Numbered from the stretch's first letter, positions 8,940 to 19,312 are shown. The stretch is 64,000 nt of DNA from Kiritimatiellia bacterium (GCA_050176815.1 JBFXHR010000004.1:19927-83926), one strand, 5' to 3'. Numbers and translations: made by a program. The notes: generated by a model not told the origin, from the letters alone.

Positions 8940-9527
8940 ATGAAGAAGTTGTGCATGGCGATGGCCGCAATGGCGCTGTTCGTTGCGGGTTCCGTTCAAG
9001 CGGCGGACGAGGCGGGAGAACTGGTCAGTCTCAAGTCGGGCGAAATCTCCTTTACGCTGCTGCAAAGCGACGGCGTGACGCCGATGAGCGCGGCTCCGAT
9101 CAAGATGTTGGCCACCGACGACGGCCGAGTGCTGGTGGAAGCGGTCTCGGACCATCTGGGACAGGCCGCCGTGGCGTTGTCCGAAGGCCGGTATTTGCTG
9201 AACGTGTCTGGGCGCACGCTGGCCGTGCTGGAAGCGACCGCCGCCGCCGCGACGACTTCTTGCCGCGTGGTGATTCCCGATGCCGCCCTGATGGTGGCGG
9301 GCGAGGAAGGCGAAGAGGGCGATGAAGTTGCCGGCGCACCGGTTTGGCTGAAGCCCGTGCTGATTGGCGGAGTGGTGGTGCTGGTGGCCGGCGGCGCCTA
9401 TGCCATCTACGACAACAACGACGACGATGACGACGGCGACGGAGACGACGGCGAAGACGAAGGTCTCGGCGGGGCTCCGACGAGCGACGACGACATCGAC
9501 GACCGCGAGCCGCCCAGTCGTCTGTAG
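8940..9527 (+). CDS. hypothetical secreted/membrane protein with C-terminal TM helix and poly-Asp/Glu tail
   Basis: AGGAGAAACGGG precedes the ATG. Signal peptide MKKLCMAMAAMALFVAGSVQA, a TM helix VLIGGVVVLVAGGAYAIY, then the DNNDDDDDGDGDDGEDEG tail. Confidence 0.5.
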   Translation: MKKLCMAMAAMALFVAGSVQAADEAGELVSLKSGEISFTLLQSDGVTPMSAAPIKMLATDDGRVLVEAVSDHLGQAAVALSEGRYLLNVSGRTLAVLEATAAAATTSCRVVIPDAALMVAGEEGEEGDEVAGAPVWLKPVLIGGVVVLVAGGAYAIYDNNDDDDDGDGDDGEDEGLGGAPTSDDDIDDREPPSRL

Positions 9528-9652
9528 GCGATCGTTTCCCGAGAATGGGGCGCTTGGTGGAATCAATTCCTCCGGGCGCCCTTTTTCAGTCGGGGGTTGG
9601 ATGGGGAAACGAGATGGCGGGGGATAAGAGACGGCTGCGAGGGAAAGGATGG

Positions 9653-10714
9653 ATGCTCATGAAATGGATTCTGGAACGGAAAAAACGGTGTGCGACGGCG
9701 GCGCTACTCGGCCTGATGGCCGCCGGCGGATGTTCGAGCTATCCGCGGGACTATTCTGAATCGTCGGCATTGTCGGCGAATCTGCTGGGCGAGGGGGGGG
9801 GCGAACCGGCGTTTTTCAGCGATGAATCCAGCATGAAGCAGGTGATGGCGACCAAGGAGCTGCTCTCGCTGCAGAAAGAGGAATACCGGGTGGGTCCGGA
9901 CGACGTGCTGGAAGTGAGCGTTTTCGAGTGGGAGGCGAACGACCAAACCAAGACGCTGCAACTGCGCGTGTCGGAAACGGGCGTCATCTCGCTGCCGACC
10001 GTGGGCGCCCTGGCGGTGGCCGGCAAGTCGGTGCAGGACATCCAGCGGACGATTGAAGAAGCGCTCATCCGGCAGAACGTGCTGCAGACGCCGCGGGTCG
10101 GCGTGTGGGTGAGCGAGTTCCGCAGCCGGCAGATTTCGGTGATCGGCGCCGTGAACCAGCCGGGGACCTACGCCATCCACCAGAACGTCTCCACGCTGCT
10201 GGACATGCTGACGCTGGCGGGCGGGCCTCAGGAATCGGCGGGCGGCGCGGCCTACGTGATCCGCCGCTCGGCGGGCAAGGCGGAATCGCGGATCCAGATC
10301 GATTTGGACGAGCTGCTGGAAAAGGGCGAGGCGGACTTGAATCCCGTGTTGAGCGCGGGAGACGTGGTCTACGTGCCGAAAGCCCCGTTGATCTACGTCT
10401 ATGGCGAAGTCAAGCAGGCGGGGGCGTTTACCTTCCGCAAGCGACTGCGCGTGCTGGAATCCATTGCGTTGGCCGGCGGGTTGAGCGACCTGGCGGACCG
10501 CCGGTCCGTCTCGCTCATCCGGCGTTCCGAAGCGGGCGAGGAGCGCTTGCACCAATTGGACCTGGGACGCATCGAGCGGGGCGCGGCCCCCAACATCTAT
10601 TTGCGCGACGGCGACGTGCTGCACGTGCGGGCCTCGGCGCCCAAGATGGTCTGGACGGAAGTGCTGTCGTTCGTCCGGGGCATCTTCACCTTCTCGTATT
10701 CGCTCAACAAGTGA
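9653..10714 (+). CDS. wza: polysaccharide export outer-membrane lipoprotein (Wza/EpsA family)
   Basis: Lipobox AAGGC; Poly_export and SLBB-type sequence (PDDVLEVSVF, GDVVYVPK). The start could be 9653 or 9659. Confidence 0.8.
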   Translation: MLMKWILERKKRCATAALLGLMAAGGCSSYPRDYSESSALSANLLGEGGGEPAFFSDESSMKQVMATKELLSLQKEEYRVGPDDVLEVSVFEWEANDQTKTLQLRVSETGVISLPTVGALAVAGKSVQDIQRTIEEALIRQNVLQTPRVGVWVSEFRSRQISVIGAVNQPGTYAIHQNVSTLLDMLTLAGGPQESAGGAAYVIRRSAGKAESRIQIDLDELLEKGEADLNPVLSAGDVVYVPKAPLIYVYGEVKQAGAFTFRKRLRVLESIALAGGLSDLADRRSVSLIRRSEAGEERLHQLDLGRIERGAAPNIYLRDGDVLHVRASAPKMVWTEVLSFVRGIFTFSYSLNK

Positions 10715-10762
10715 GGGGCCGGCCATCCGGCACGCCTCCCGGCGGGAGGAGATGGGATACAA

Positions 10763-12931
10763 ATGGACGAATGGGAAAACGACGAAAACAAAGGGCTCCA
10801 TCTGCGGGACTATCTGGCGGTGGTGCGGCAGCGGTTGCCGGTTGCGGCGGGGACGTTCCTGCTGGTGCTTCTGGTGACGGTCCTGTACGCCTGGACGCGC
10901 ACGCCGCGCTACACGGCCACGTCCCGCCTGCTGGTCGAAAGCCGCGGCGTGAACCTGACGGCGATGCAGGACGCCTATGATCCGACCCGGACCAGCCTGA
11001 CCCAGCGGGACGTCATCCAGACGCAGGTGCAGCTCATCAAGTCCACCCCCGTGATGGAGGCGGTCTTGCAGCAGGGGTTCCTTGCGCAAAGCAAGGATTT
11101 CCGGGAATGCAAGGATCCCGTGCAAACCCTGGCCGAGATGATCCAGGTGACGCCCGCGCGCAGCGGCTACGTGCTGGACGTGAGCGTGGAGCGGGAAAAT
11201 CCAAAGGAAGCGGCCCAGATCGCGAACGCGGTCGTATCCGCGTATCTGGCGCAAAGCCGGCTCCGCCGCATGGGGGTTTCGGACGACGGCATCTCGGAAT
11301 TGAAAAAGAAGTCCGAGGAATTGCGGGCCCGGCTCGACCAGGCGACGGCGGATCTCCATGCCTTCATGGTGACGAACCGGATGGTGTCGTTCGAGGAGGC
11401 GCAGAACATCGTCGTGGAGCGGCTGAAGGGGCTGAACAACAACCTGATGAAGGCGGAACCGGCGCGGATGCAGGCGGAGGCCCATTTCCGGACGGCCGAG
11501 GCGGCCATGAAGGCCGGACAGACCGAAAGCATTCCCGGCGTTTTGGAGTCCACGCTGATCGGCGGGTTGAAGATGGACCTGTCGCGGCTCGAACAGCAAT
11601 TTTCGGAAATGCAGGCCCGGCTGGGCGCGAACCATCCGCAGTTGCAGAGCGTCGTCGCGCAGATCGATGCGTTGAGGACGAAGCTGGCCATGGAAGCGTC
11701 CCATATCGTCGATGCGTTGCGGGGGCGCTACGAACAGGCCCTGAACGAGGAAAAAATGCTTCGCGCGGAACTGTCGAAGCAAGAAGAGGCCGTGCTGGAA
11801 TTCAACGAGCTGGCCGCCAAATACAACCTGTTTCGGCAAAGCCGCGATTCCGTCCAGGAAGCCTACTCGGCCATCATTCGCCGCATCGACGAACTGAGCG
11901 TCGGCCAATTGAGCGGACAGGGCGACAACGTGTTCGTCGTGTCGCGCGCGGAAGTGCCCCAGATCAAGTCGTGGCCCTCCCGGGGGCGGATGCTGCTGAT
12001 GGGCGTTTTCTTCGGCGGGCTTTTGGCCGTTGGATTCTGCTTCTTCCTCGACTACATGGATACGACGATCAAGGGCGAGGCCGACGTCCGCAATTTGCTC
12101 GGCAGTCCCGTCATCGGCGGCGTGCCTTCCGCCGAAAAAGAGGCCGGCGCGGAGGCGTTCGACGATTTGTTCGCCTTGAAAGCGCCGCGCAGCCATTTCG
12201 CCGAAGCGTTCCGATCGGCGCGGACGTCGCTGGCCTTCAGTTCCACGGACAAGCCCCTGCGTTCGCTGGTCGTCACCAGCACGATGCCGGCGGAGGGCAA
12301 GACGCTGTGCGCCGTCAATCTCGCCATTGCCCATGCCCAGGCGGGAAAGCGGACCTTGCTGGTGGATACGGACATGCGGAAGCCCCGGCTCGACAAGGTC
12401 TTCAAGTTCCGGAGCGACGTGGGCCTCTCCAACCTTCTCGCTTCGGGTTCGATGGATCCGGAATCGGTGATCGGGAAAACGGACGTGGAAAACCTGTTTT
12501 ATCTGCCGACGGGCCCCGTTCCGCCCAATCCCGTGGAAATGCTGGATTCCGAGCGGTTCGGCAAGCTCATCGAAGTCTTGCTGAAGACGTACGAATTGCT
12601 CATCTTCGATTCGCCGCCCTCGTTGAATCTGGTGGATGCGCTGGTCATCGGCAAGCGCGTGGACGGACTGGTGCTGGTGGCGCGCACGTTCGTGACGAAC
12701 AAGTTCGCGGCGCAGCAGGTGGCCCGGCAGATTGCCGCGTCCAAGGTGAAGATGCTGGGCGTGGTGCTCAACAACGTGGACATGCCGGCGGGAACCTATT
12801 ATTCCTCCTATTATTACGGGCGCTACGGGAGCTACTACGTGGCGGAGGGGCCGTCGGCGAAACCGGGGCGCCTCGGGCCGTTGGCGGCGTGGGCGGCCCG
12901 CTGGTCCGGAGGGCGGAAGCGGAGGTCATGA
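10763..12931 (+). CDS. wzc: chain-length determinant / BY-kinase tyrosine autokinase (Wzc/EpsB family)
   Basis: Two TM segments with periplasmic coiled-coil; Walker A AEGKTL; C-terminal tyrosine cluster YYSSYYYGRYGSYY. Confidence 0.85.
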   Translation: MDEWENDENKGLHLRDYLAVVRQRLPVAAGTFLLVLLVTVLYAWTRTPRYTATSRLLVESRGVNLTAMQDAYDPTRTSLTQRDVIQTQVQLIKSTPVMEAVLQQGFLAQSKDFRECKDPVQTLAEMIQVTPARSGYVLDVSVERENPKEAAQIANAVVSAYLAQSRLRRMGVSDDGISELKKKSEELRARLDQATADLHAFMVTNRMVSFEEAQNIVVERLKGLNNNLMKAEPARMQAEAHFRTAEAAMKAGQTESIPGVLESTLIGGLKMDLSRLEQQFSEMQARLGANHPQLQSVVAQIDALRTKLAMEASHIVDALRGRYEQALNEEKMLRAELSKQEEAVLEFNELAAKYNLFRQSRDSVQEAYSAIIRRIDELSVGQLSGQGDNVFVVSRAEVPQIKSWPSRGRMLLMGVFFGGLLAVGFCFFLDYMDTTIKGEADVRNLLGSPVIGGVPSAEKEAGAEAFDDLFALKAPRSHFAEAFRSARTSLAFSSTDKPLRSLVVTSTMPAEGKTLCAVNLAIAHAQAGKRTLLVDTDMRKPRLDKVFKFRSDVGLSNLLASGSMDPESVIGKTDVENLFYLPTGPVPPNPVEMLDSERFGKLIEVLLKTYELLIFDSPPSLNLVDALVIGKRVDGLVLVARTFVTNKFAAQQVARQIAASKVKMLGVVLNNVDMPAGTYYSSYYYGRYGSYYVAEGPSAKPGRLGPLAAWAARWSGGRKRRS

Positions 12932-13644
12932 TTGATCTCCATTCCCATGTCTTGCCAGGACTGGACGATGGGGCCGCAGACGAATCCGCGGCAGTGGCCA
13001 TGTGCCGGATGGCGGCGCAGGACGGCATCTCCGTCCTGGTGGCCACGCCCCACCTCTATGGCGGCATCGGCATCGCCCATCCGGGCGTGATTTCCGCCGC
13101 CGCCGAACGCCTGCGGCGGCGGTTGGCCGAAGAAGGAATCGGACTGGACCTCCGTTGCGCAGCGGAAATGCCGCTGATGGAGAATGCCGTGGAACTGTAT
13201 CGTTCCGGCGCATGGCCGGCCTACGACGCGGGTCGGCGATACGTTTTGCTGGAAATGCCCCCGATCCGGAACGGATTGGGCATTCTGCGCGACACGGTTT
13301 TCCGGCTGCGGCTTGAAGGCGCAACGCCGATCCTGGCCCATCCAGAACGCCTGGATCTTCTCGACGACCCGGCAACGGTGGAAGGCTTGCGAATCCAGGG
13401 GGCGTTGATCCAGATCACCGCGGCGTGCCTGTTTGCCCCGGAATCCCGGGCGCACGGCCGCGCCTTGGAATGGATCCGGCGTGGCTGGGTTCACGCGGTG
13501 GCTTCGGATGCCCACGACGTGGAATTCCGCCCGCCGCGGCTGTCGGCCGCCCGCCGCTGGCTGGCGGACCGTTTCGGTTCGCCGCTGGCCGACGATTTGA
13601 CCTGCGGAAATCCACGGAAAATTCTCTGCGGAGAACCGCTGTAG
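12928..13644 (+). CDS. PHP-family protein-tyrosine phosphatase (CpsB/YwqE-like)
   Basis: ATGA overlap with wzc. N-terminal HSHVLPGLDDG and other metal-binding His motifs of CpsB. Confidence 0.8.
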   Translation: MIDLHSHVLPGLDDGAADESAAVAMCRMAAQDGISVLVATPHLYGGIGIAHPGVISAAAERLRRRLAEEGIGLDLRCAAEMPLMENAVELYRSGAWPAYDAGRRYVLLEMPPIRNGLGILRDTVFRLRLEGATPILAHPERLDLLDDPATVEGLRIQGALIQITAACLFAPESRAHGRALEWIRRGWVHAVASDAHDVEFRPPRLSAARRWLADRFGSPLADDLTCGNPRKILCGEPL

Positions 13645-13649
13645 GCGCC

Positions 13650-16600
13650 ATGCATCGTTTTCGCCATTCCCGTTCATCCGTCCGGCCTCGCCGGCGCGGC
13701 CAGGGCTTTGCCCTGGGCGTGGTGGCCTTGGCCTTTGCCACCACGATTCCGTGGGGAGGGGTGGGCTTTTTCGAATCGCGCCTGGTCGCGGCCGCCGCCT
13801 GGTTGGCGGGGATGGTCGGCATCGCATGGGCCCGCCCCGGCGGCGAAAACGACCGTTCCGCCGCGTCGCGGGCGGCCGTCGCGGCCGTCGCGCTGCTGGC
13901 GGCTTGGTGCGGATTCCAACGGCTCCCGTTGCCTGTTGGCTGGGCAGTCCATTTCTGGCGGGGCGATGCCGCGCTGTTGTCGGAGATCATGGGCGATGCG
14001 GACGGATGGCCGATCGCGCTGGACCGATTCGTCTCATTGCACGCCGCGTTGCTCTGGGCGGGGTTTGGGGTTTTGGCTTGGGCCTGTGCGAGGAGGTTGC
14101 GCGGTTGCCGGGCGCGGCAAACGGCTCTGTACGGATTCGCGTCGCTCGGCGTCTTCCAGTCCCTTTTTGGACTATTTGTCCTGAGGGACACCGCAGGACG
14201 CGTTTGCGGCACTTTTGGCAGCCCCAATGCCTTGGGCGGCTTGCTGGCGATGACGCTTCCCGTAACGCTGGGCTTGGTTCTGTTCCACGCCCGACACCGG
14301 ATCTTGCGCGGTCGCACGGGATTTTGGTGGTGGTTCCATCGGTTGGGCGACAGTTGGCAGGCGTGGCTCCGGCCCATCCTGTGGACGGCCTGGGGAATCC
14401 AGTGGGTGGCGTTGTATTTCACGGGATCCATCGGCGCGACGATTTCCGCCGCCGCGGCCTGCGGCATTCTGTTGGCATGGCAGGGGAAGGAACGTCCCGA
14501 ATCCCGCCTCTTTATTGTGGTGCTGGGGGCCTCGCTGGCGGTGTTGGTATTGGCATTCAGCCTCCATGCCCGTCGGCAGAACGTGCTGGATCGGGCGATG
14601 GGGGATGCCGGGGCATTCCAGAGCTCGAAAATGTCGCGGGTCGAAATATGGCGCGCGGCCTGGCAATTGTGCCGGGCATTCCCTTTCGGCACCGGCCCGG
14701 GCGGATCCGCCTTGGCTTTGCCCATGTACCAAACCGCCTTCCACGGGCGCTTCCGTCTGGATTATGCCCACAATGACACGCTCCAGTTTCTGGGCGATCT
14801 GGGCCTGCCGGGATTCGTTCCTCTGGCATTTCTGCTGGGGCTGGTTCTTTGGCGCGGAGCCAAGGCGAGTCGGCATCCTTCCGGCCAAGAAGGGGATCCC
14901 GTCTGGTTGATCCGCGGGGCATGGCTGGCGGTGATCGCGGCCTTGATGCATGCGCAGGTGGAATTCAATTTGAGCGCCCGCCCGGGGAATCAAATGATCT
15001 TTGCCATCTTGTGCGGGATTCTGTGGGGATTTCCGGCAACCCCGGACCCGGAATCCGGCGCGCCTGATCGAAAAAGTTTGCACGTCGGACTGTTCCGGAG
15101 CGCAATCATCGCGTTGGGCGCCGCCGTCCTTTGGCTGTCCCTGTCGGCGGCATGGGCTTGGCGTCTCCATGAAGGGGTCGTTGCCGCCGTTGGACTTCCC
15201 CGCGACGAGCACCTGTGGTTCCGTCGGCCCTTTGTCGCGCCGGAGGGGATACCGGCCGCAATGCGGCAGGCGTGTCGGCTGGCCCCCGGATCGTCGCGCC
15301 TGCGCCAAACGGCCGCGGAAGCGCGAACCGCTTTGCATCAGCGCCGGATTCAGGAACTGGCGCAGACCTTGATTTCCGCCGAGGGGGCCGACCTCGCCGC
15401 CGGGGCGCCGCTCGATCCGGCGAATCCCGTCCACGAAAAGGCGTTGGAATTGGCTGCGCTGGCTTTGCGTTTAGAGGAGACGGACATGCTGCGGACGGCT
15501 TGGGCCGATGCGGATGCCGCCGTTCGTCTCGCCCCCTGGAACGCATCGGCAAGATGGCTTCGGGGGAGGATCCTTTTGCGCGGCGCTTCGCTGAAACAGC
15601 TCGGACCGGATGCCGAAACGCGCGGCCGCCGCGATTTGGAACTGGCGGTGGCCCTTTATCCCATGGACGCAGGAGTGCTGGCGGAGGCGTGTTCCTCCTT
15701 GTCGCGCGGAGCGAATTCCGATCGGGACAGGGAAACCTTGCTCGACTGGGGTTCGCGCGCCTTGGCGTTGGATGCTTCGCTGGCTTGGACGGTGTTGGAT
15801 GCGTGGTGGACGGGCCGCGTGCGGGTTGCCCGCGTGTTGGAATTGCCCCGATTGCCCGAGGCGGTCCTGTGGAATTTGTATGTCCGTCTCGATCGGTTGA
15901 ACCGGGCCCAAGAGGCCCGCCAATGTCTGGTTGCGCTGGAACGCAGGCTGGAAACCGACCCGCCGCCGGACGCCTCTGCGATGTGGATCCCTTACAGATG
16001 GAAAAAGTGGAATATTCGACAATCGCAGCATCGGATCCGGTTGGCCGGCGCATGGCTGAAGCGGAATCTGCGGGAGGGAAACTGGAAAGAAATCGAAGCG
16101 TCCGCCGCGCTTCGCGCCAAGGCCCGTCACGACCGTTTTCAGTTGGAGCTGGACACAATGGAGTTGTCCGGAACCGCGTCCCGCGTTTTGCGGCGGCTCC
16201 GGTTGCGCGAATGGGCGGCAACGGGCAGCCTGTCGCCGGAATGGACCCTGGAGTGGGTGCTGCTGGAATTGGAAGCGTCAACGCCCCTCCGGCCAATCCA
16301 GGATCCTCTCGCCGAACTTATTCTGATGGATGGACTCGATGCCGCGGACTTGGACCGGTTGCAGGCTTGCCGTTCTGCATGGGCCGAATCTCCCTTCCTG
16401 ACGGCGTTGCTGGCTGCGCAAGAGGCCGAATCTTCCGGTCGTCCCGAAAAAGCCGTTGCGACGTTGGCTTCTCTGTCGGGGAGCGGACAGGTTCCCGATC
16501 GGCTTGCCCATCGGGTTTGGCTTTGGCGGTCGCGCCTGTTGCGTCGGCTCGGCGATGTGCAAGCGGCGTCGGACGCCTTGGACGAGGCGGCCCGAACGTG

Positions 16601-17099
16601 TCCATCGGATCCCGACGTCCAGGCGGCTCAGGTGGAATCCCCGGATGGAACGGGCGTGGTCCGGCCGGTTGGAATGCCCGAGCTGGACTTGGGTTTTGCG
16701 GGTGGCCGGTTGACGTTGAAACGCGTCGGCCTTGAGCCGATAGACGGGGCGTCGAAGGGAACGCTCCTGCATCTGCTCTGGCGCTTCCGGGGAGAGCTGC
16801 CGCCCGACCTGCGGATGGATGTTTGCGTCCGGGACGAGGATGGCCACCTGCGGACCCGCAAGGCCGTTATGCTGGATCAGGAGGAGACCGCGAAATTCAA
16901 CCGCGGCCGTCCGCCGATCGGTTCCACGTGGACATGGACGGTCCCGCTTTCGTCCTTTGCGGCCAAGGGCCGGATGGTCGAGGTGCGCTTGCGGTCTGCC
17001 GGGAAGATTCTGCCGTCGGACGACGGCTTGTCCGCGATCGAACTGAACCTGGAGAAATTGCCTCGGGCAAAGTGGGTGGACGGACCGCCCGCGAGATGA
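13650..17099 (+). CDS. O-antigen ligase-like (Wzy_C) polytopic membrane protein fused to a large C-terminal TPR-like domain
   Basis: About 12 TM helices with YAHNDTLQFLGDLGLPG (Wzy_C motif), then about 600 aa of helical repeats. Confidence 0.6.
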   Translation: MHRFRHSRSSVRPRRRGQGFALGVVALAFATTIPWGGVGFFESRLVAAAAWLAGMVGIAWARPGGENDRSAASRAAVAAVALLAAWCGFQRLPLPVGWAVHFWRGDAALLSEIMGDADGWPIALDRFVSLHAALLWAGFGVLAWACARRLRGCRARQTALYGFASLGVFQSLFGLFVLRDTAGRVCGTFGSPNALGGLLAMTLPVTLGLVLFHARHRILRGRTGFWWWFHRLGDSWQAWLRPILWTAWGIQWVALYFTGSIGATISAAAACGILLAWQGKERPESRLFIVVLGASLAVLVLAFSLHARRQNVLDRAMGDAGAFQSSKMSRVEIWRAAWQLCRAFPFGTGPGGSALALPMYQTAFHGRFRLDYAHNDTLQFLGDLGLPGFVPLAFLLGLVLWRGAKASRHPSGQEGDPVWLIRGAWLAVIAALMHAQVEFNLSARPGNQMIFAILCGILWGFPATPDPESGAPDRKSLHVGLFRSAIIALGAAVLWLSLSAAWAWRLHEGVVAAVGLPRDEHLWFRRPFVAPEGIPAAMRQACRLAPGSSRLRQTAAEARTALHQRRIQELAQTLISAEGADLAAGAPLDPANPVHEKALELAALALRLEETDMLRTAWADADAAVRLAPWNASARWLRGRILLRGASLKQLGPDAETRGRRDLELAVALYPMDAGVLAEACSSLSRGANSDRDRETLLDWGSRALALDASLAWTVLDAWWTGRVRVARVLELPRLPEAVLWNLYVRLDRLNRAQEARQCLVALERRLETDPPPDASAMWIPYRWKKWNIRQSQHRIRLAGAWLKRNLREGNWKEIEASAALRAKARHDRFQLELDTMELSGTASRVLRRLRLREWAATGSLSPEWTLEWVLLELEASTPLRPIQDPLAELILMDGLDAADLDRLQACRSAWAESPFLTALLAAQEAESSGRPEKAVATLASLSGSGQVPDRLAHRVWLWRSRLLRRLGDVQAASDALDEAARTCPSDPDVQAAQVESPDGTGVVRPVGMPELDLGFAGGRLTLKRVGLEPIDGASKGTLLHLLWRFRGELPPDLRMDVCVRDEDGHLRTRKAVMLDQEETAKFNRGRPPIGSTWTWTVPLSSFAAKGRMVEVRLRSAGKILPSDDGLSAIELNLEKLPRAKWVDGPPAR

Positions 17100-17184
17100 A
17101 GCCGTTCCGCAGGCGGGCACGTCCGGCGCTTGATTTCGGACGCCGGTCGCGCTAAATGGATTCAACGTTCGTACTGGAGAAAAG

Positions 17185-19311
17185 ATGAACCAATCAGTTT
17201 CAGCGTGGAGTGCGGCCACCTGGCTTGCCGTTGCGGCGGCGTGGGGACAGGTCGATGCGACGGCATCCGATCCCATGCGGGTGCGCCTCAATACCGGCAA
17301 GATTCTGGAGGTTCCGTTCGTTCGAAACCCGCTTTCCTTGCGGACCGCGGGGGGGCGGGTGTCGTTCTTTCCCGGGGAATTGGAAGGCATCGTGTTTTCC
17401 GCGTCTGGGCAGTGCGCCGTGGATACGGTCTACGAAGACCGCTGGATTCTGGAGGCTGGTCCCGAGATTCTCCGTCCGCTCGTTTCCGATATCCTGATGG
17501 CTCCCGTTTTGGATCATGCCAAGGCCGTTTCCTTTCCGCTTTCGGCTCCGACCCCGGCGCCGGCCGGTTCCGTTTGGAACGTGGAACTGAACGATGGCTC
17601 GTTGGCTCATTTGAGTCCCGAACAGGATGCGCTGCGGGTGGAGACCGCCGACGGCAAGATCGACGTTCCGTGGGAATTGGTGGAAAGCTTGAGGCGCCCC
17701 CCCGGCGACATCCAGGCCGCGGTCGAAATTTCGCCCGGAGGCTATGTCCTTCGCGGATGGATCTCCGGGTCCTCTTTTCGCGCGGCGGATCTGGGAGGCC
17801 GGCGCTATGCATTGCCGTGGAATTCGCTGGTGAGCCTGTCGCGGATGGCCCGGAAGCCCTCTCCGGCTTCCTCCTTGCTGTCGGAGCAGGAGGTCGTTTG
17901 CCAGATGATCGACCAACAACCGGCGAAATTGAGAGTGCCGGTTTCCATCCTGACCGTGAATGGACGGGGCGGCACTTGGACCTTGCCCACCACGCGAATT
18001 CTCCGAATGATGCAAAATCCGGACGGATCGTTTTCGGTCCAGACGACGGCGGGCGAATGGCTTACGGGTTCGGTGAAGCCGAAGGACCTTTCCTTGGCCA
18101 ACGTCGCCGAAGGAATGCGCCTTTCCTTCGCCTCCTGCCGGTCGTTGACTTGGGCCCATCTGCCCGTGGACCTGCCGGCGAACCATTTGGTTTGGCGCTT
18201 GAGGACCGGCGATCTGCTGGTCGGCGAATGGCTGGCCGATCCCGTGGCCGATCCCGAAGGGACGGTCGCGCCTTTGCGGGTGAGAAGCCCCGTCGTGGCC
18301 GCCGCCACCCGCCTCCCGTTGCAGATCGACGGGAAATGGCCGGTCTCCCGATTCAACGTCCGGCACTGGGCGGATGGCTCGACGTTGCGGCTTTCGGCGT
18401 CCGCCGTGGAAGCGGTTCGCGCAGGCCCTGCGAGCCAGATGCCGCCCGCGCTCTTGTCGTCCGGGCCTTCGGCCGTTTGGAGCGATGAAGTTTTCGTGCC
18501 GGGCGGCGCTTACCGCATGGGCCGCATCCGGGGCAAGGGGGGCGACGACGAAATTCCGCCGGTGGATCTCTCCGTGGGATCCTTTTGGCTGGCCAACACG
18601 CCGGTGACGGTGGCGCAATTCGAGGCGTTCGCGGCGGATACCGGGCACGTGACGGACCCCGAACGCACGCCGGCCGCTCCCTCTTGGCGCGCCCCCGGTT
18701 TTGCGCAGCGAGCGGATGCGCCGGTGGTTTGCGTGTCCTGGCGGGACGCCGTCCGCTACTGCAACTGGCGCAGCGCCCAGGCCGGCCTCACCCCCTGCTA
18801 CGACGTCTCCCGGGATGGGCAAGAGGTGGTTTTCCGCCCCGAACGCAATGGGTATCGGCTGCCGCTCGAGGCCGAATGGGAATACGCGGCCCGCTCCGGC
18901 GGCCAAGACGTCGTCTATCCGTGGGGCGACGAGTCGGACGAGGAAACCGTGGCCGATCTGGCCAATTTCCGTTCTTCCGATTCGGAATCGGATCCGTGGC
19001 CGTGGACCAATCCCGTCAAGGCGTTTCCCCCCTCGGCGGCGGGATTCCACGACATGGGCGGCAACGTGTGGGAATGGTGCCAGGACGTCTATCGTGCGGA
19101 TGCCTATGCCGCCGCGCTGCGCGGGGAGGGGATGGAGGGATTGCTCAATGCCGCTCCGGGGCGCGATCGGCGCCGCGTCATGCGCGGAGGCTCCTATCAC
19201 AACGGGGTGGATTACCTGCGCTGCGCCGCGCGCGGGTTTGGCCTCGAACGCATGAATGCCCCCCGCGTAGGGTTCCGGGTGGCGCGCAATGCAGAGGCCG
19301 GCGAGCTGTGA
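17185..19311 (+). CDS. secreted protein with C-terminal FGE-sulfatase (SUMF1-like) domain
   Basis: Signal peptide. C-terminal WLANTPVTVAQFEAF, GYRLPLEAEWEYAAR, GNVWEWCQD and RVMRGGSY. Only one Cys lies where FGE has its catalytic Cys pair, so it is probably non-catalytic. Confidence 0.7.
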   Translation: MNQSVSAWSAATWLAVAAAWGQVDATASDPMRVRLNTGKILEVPFVRNPLSLRTAGGRVSFFPGELEGIVFSASGQCAVDTVYEDRWILEAGPEILRPLVSDILMAPVLDHAKAVSFPLSAPTPAPAGSVWNVELNDGSLAHLSPEQDALRVETADGKIDVPWELVESLRRPPGDIQAAVEISPGGYVLRGWISGSSFRAADLGGRRYALPWNSLVSLSRMARKPSPASSLLSEQEVVCQMIDQQPAKLRVPVSILTVNGRGGTWTLPTTRILRMMQNPDGSFSVQTTAGEWLTGSVKPKDLSLANVAEGMRLSFASCRSLTWAHLPVDLPANHLVWRLRTGDLLVGEWLADPVADPEGTVAPLRVRSPVVAAATRLPLQIDGKWPVSRFNVRHWADGSTLRLSASAVEAVRAGPASQMPPALLSSGPSAVWSDEVFVPGGAYRMGRIRGKGGDDEIPPVDLSVGSFWLANTPVTVAQFEAFAADTGHVTDPERTPAAPSWRAPGFAQRADAPVVCVSWRDAVRYCNWRSAQAGLTPCYDVSRDGQEVVFRPERNGYRLPLEAEWEYAARSGGQDVVYPWGDESDEETVADLANFRSSDSESDPWPWTNPVKAFPPSAAGFHDMGGNVWEWCQDVYRADAYAAALRGEGMEGLLNAAPGRDRRRVMRGGSYHNGVDYLRCAARGFGLERMNAPRVGFRVARNAEAGEL

Positions 19312-19312
19312 G

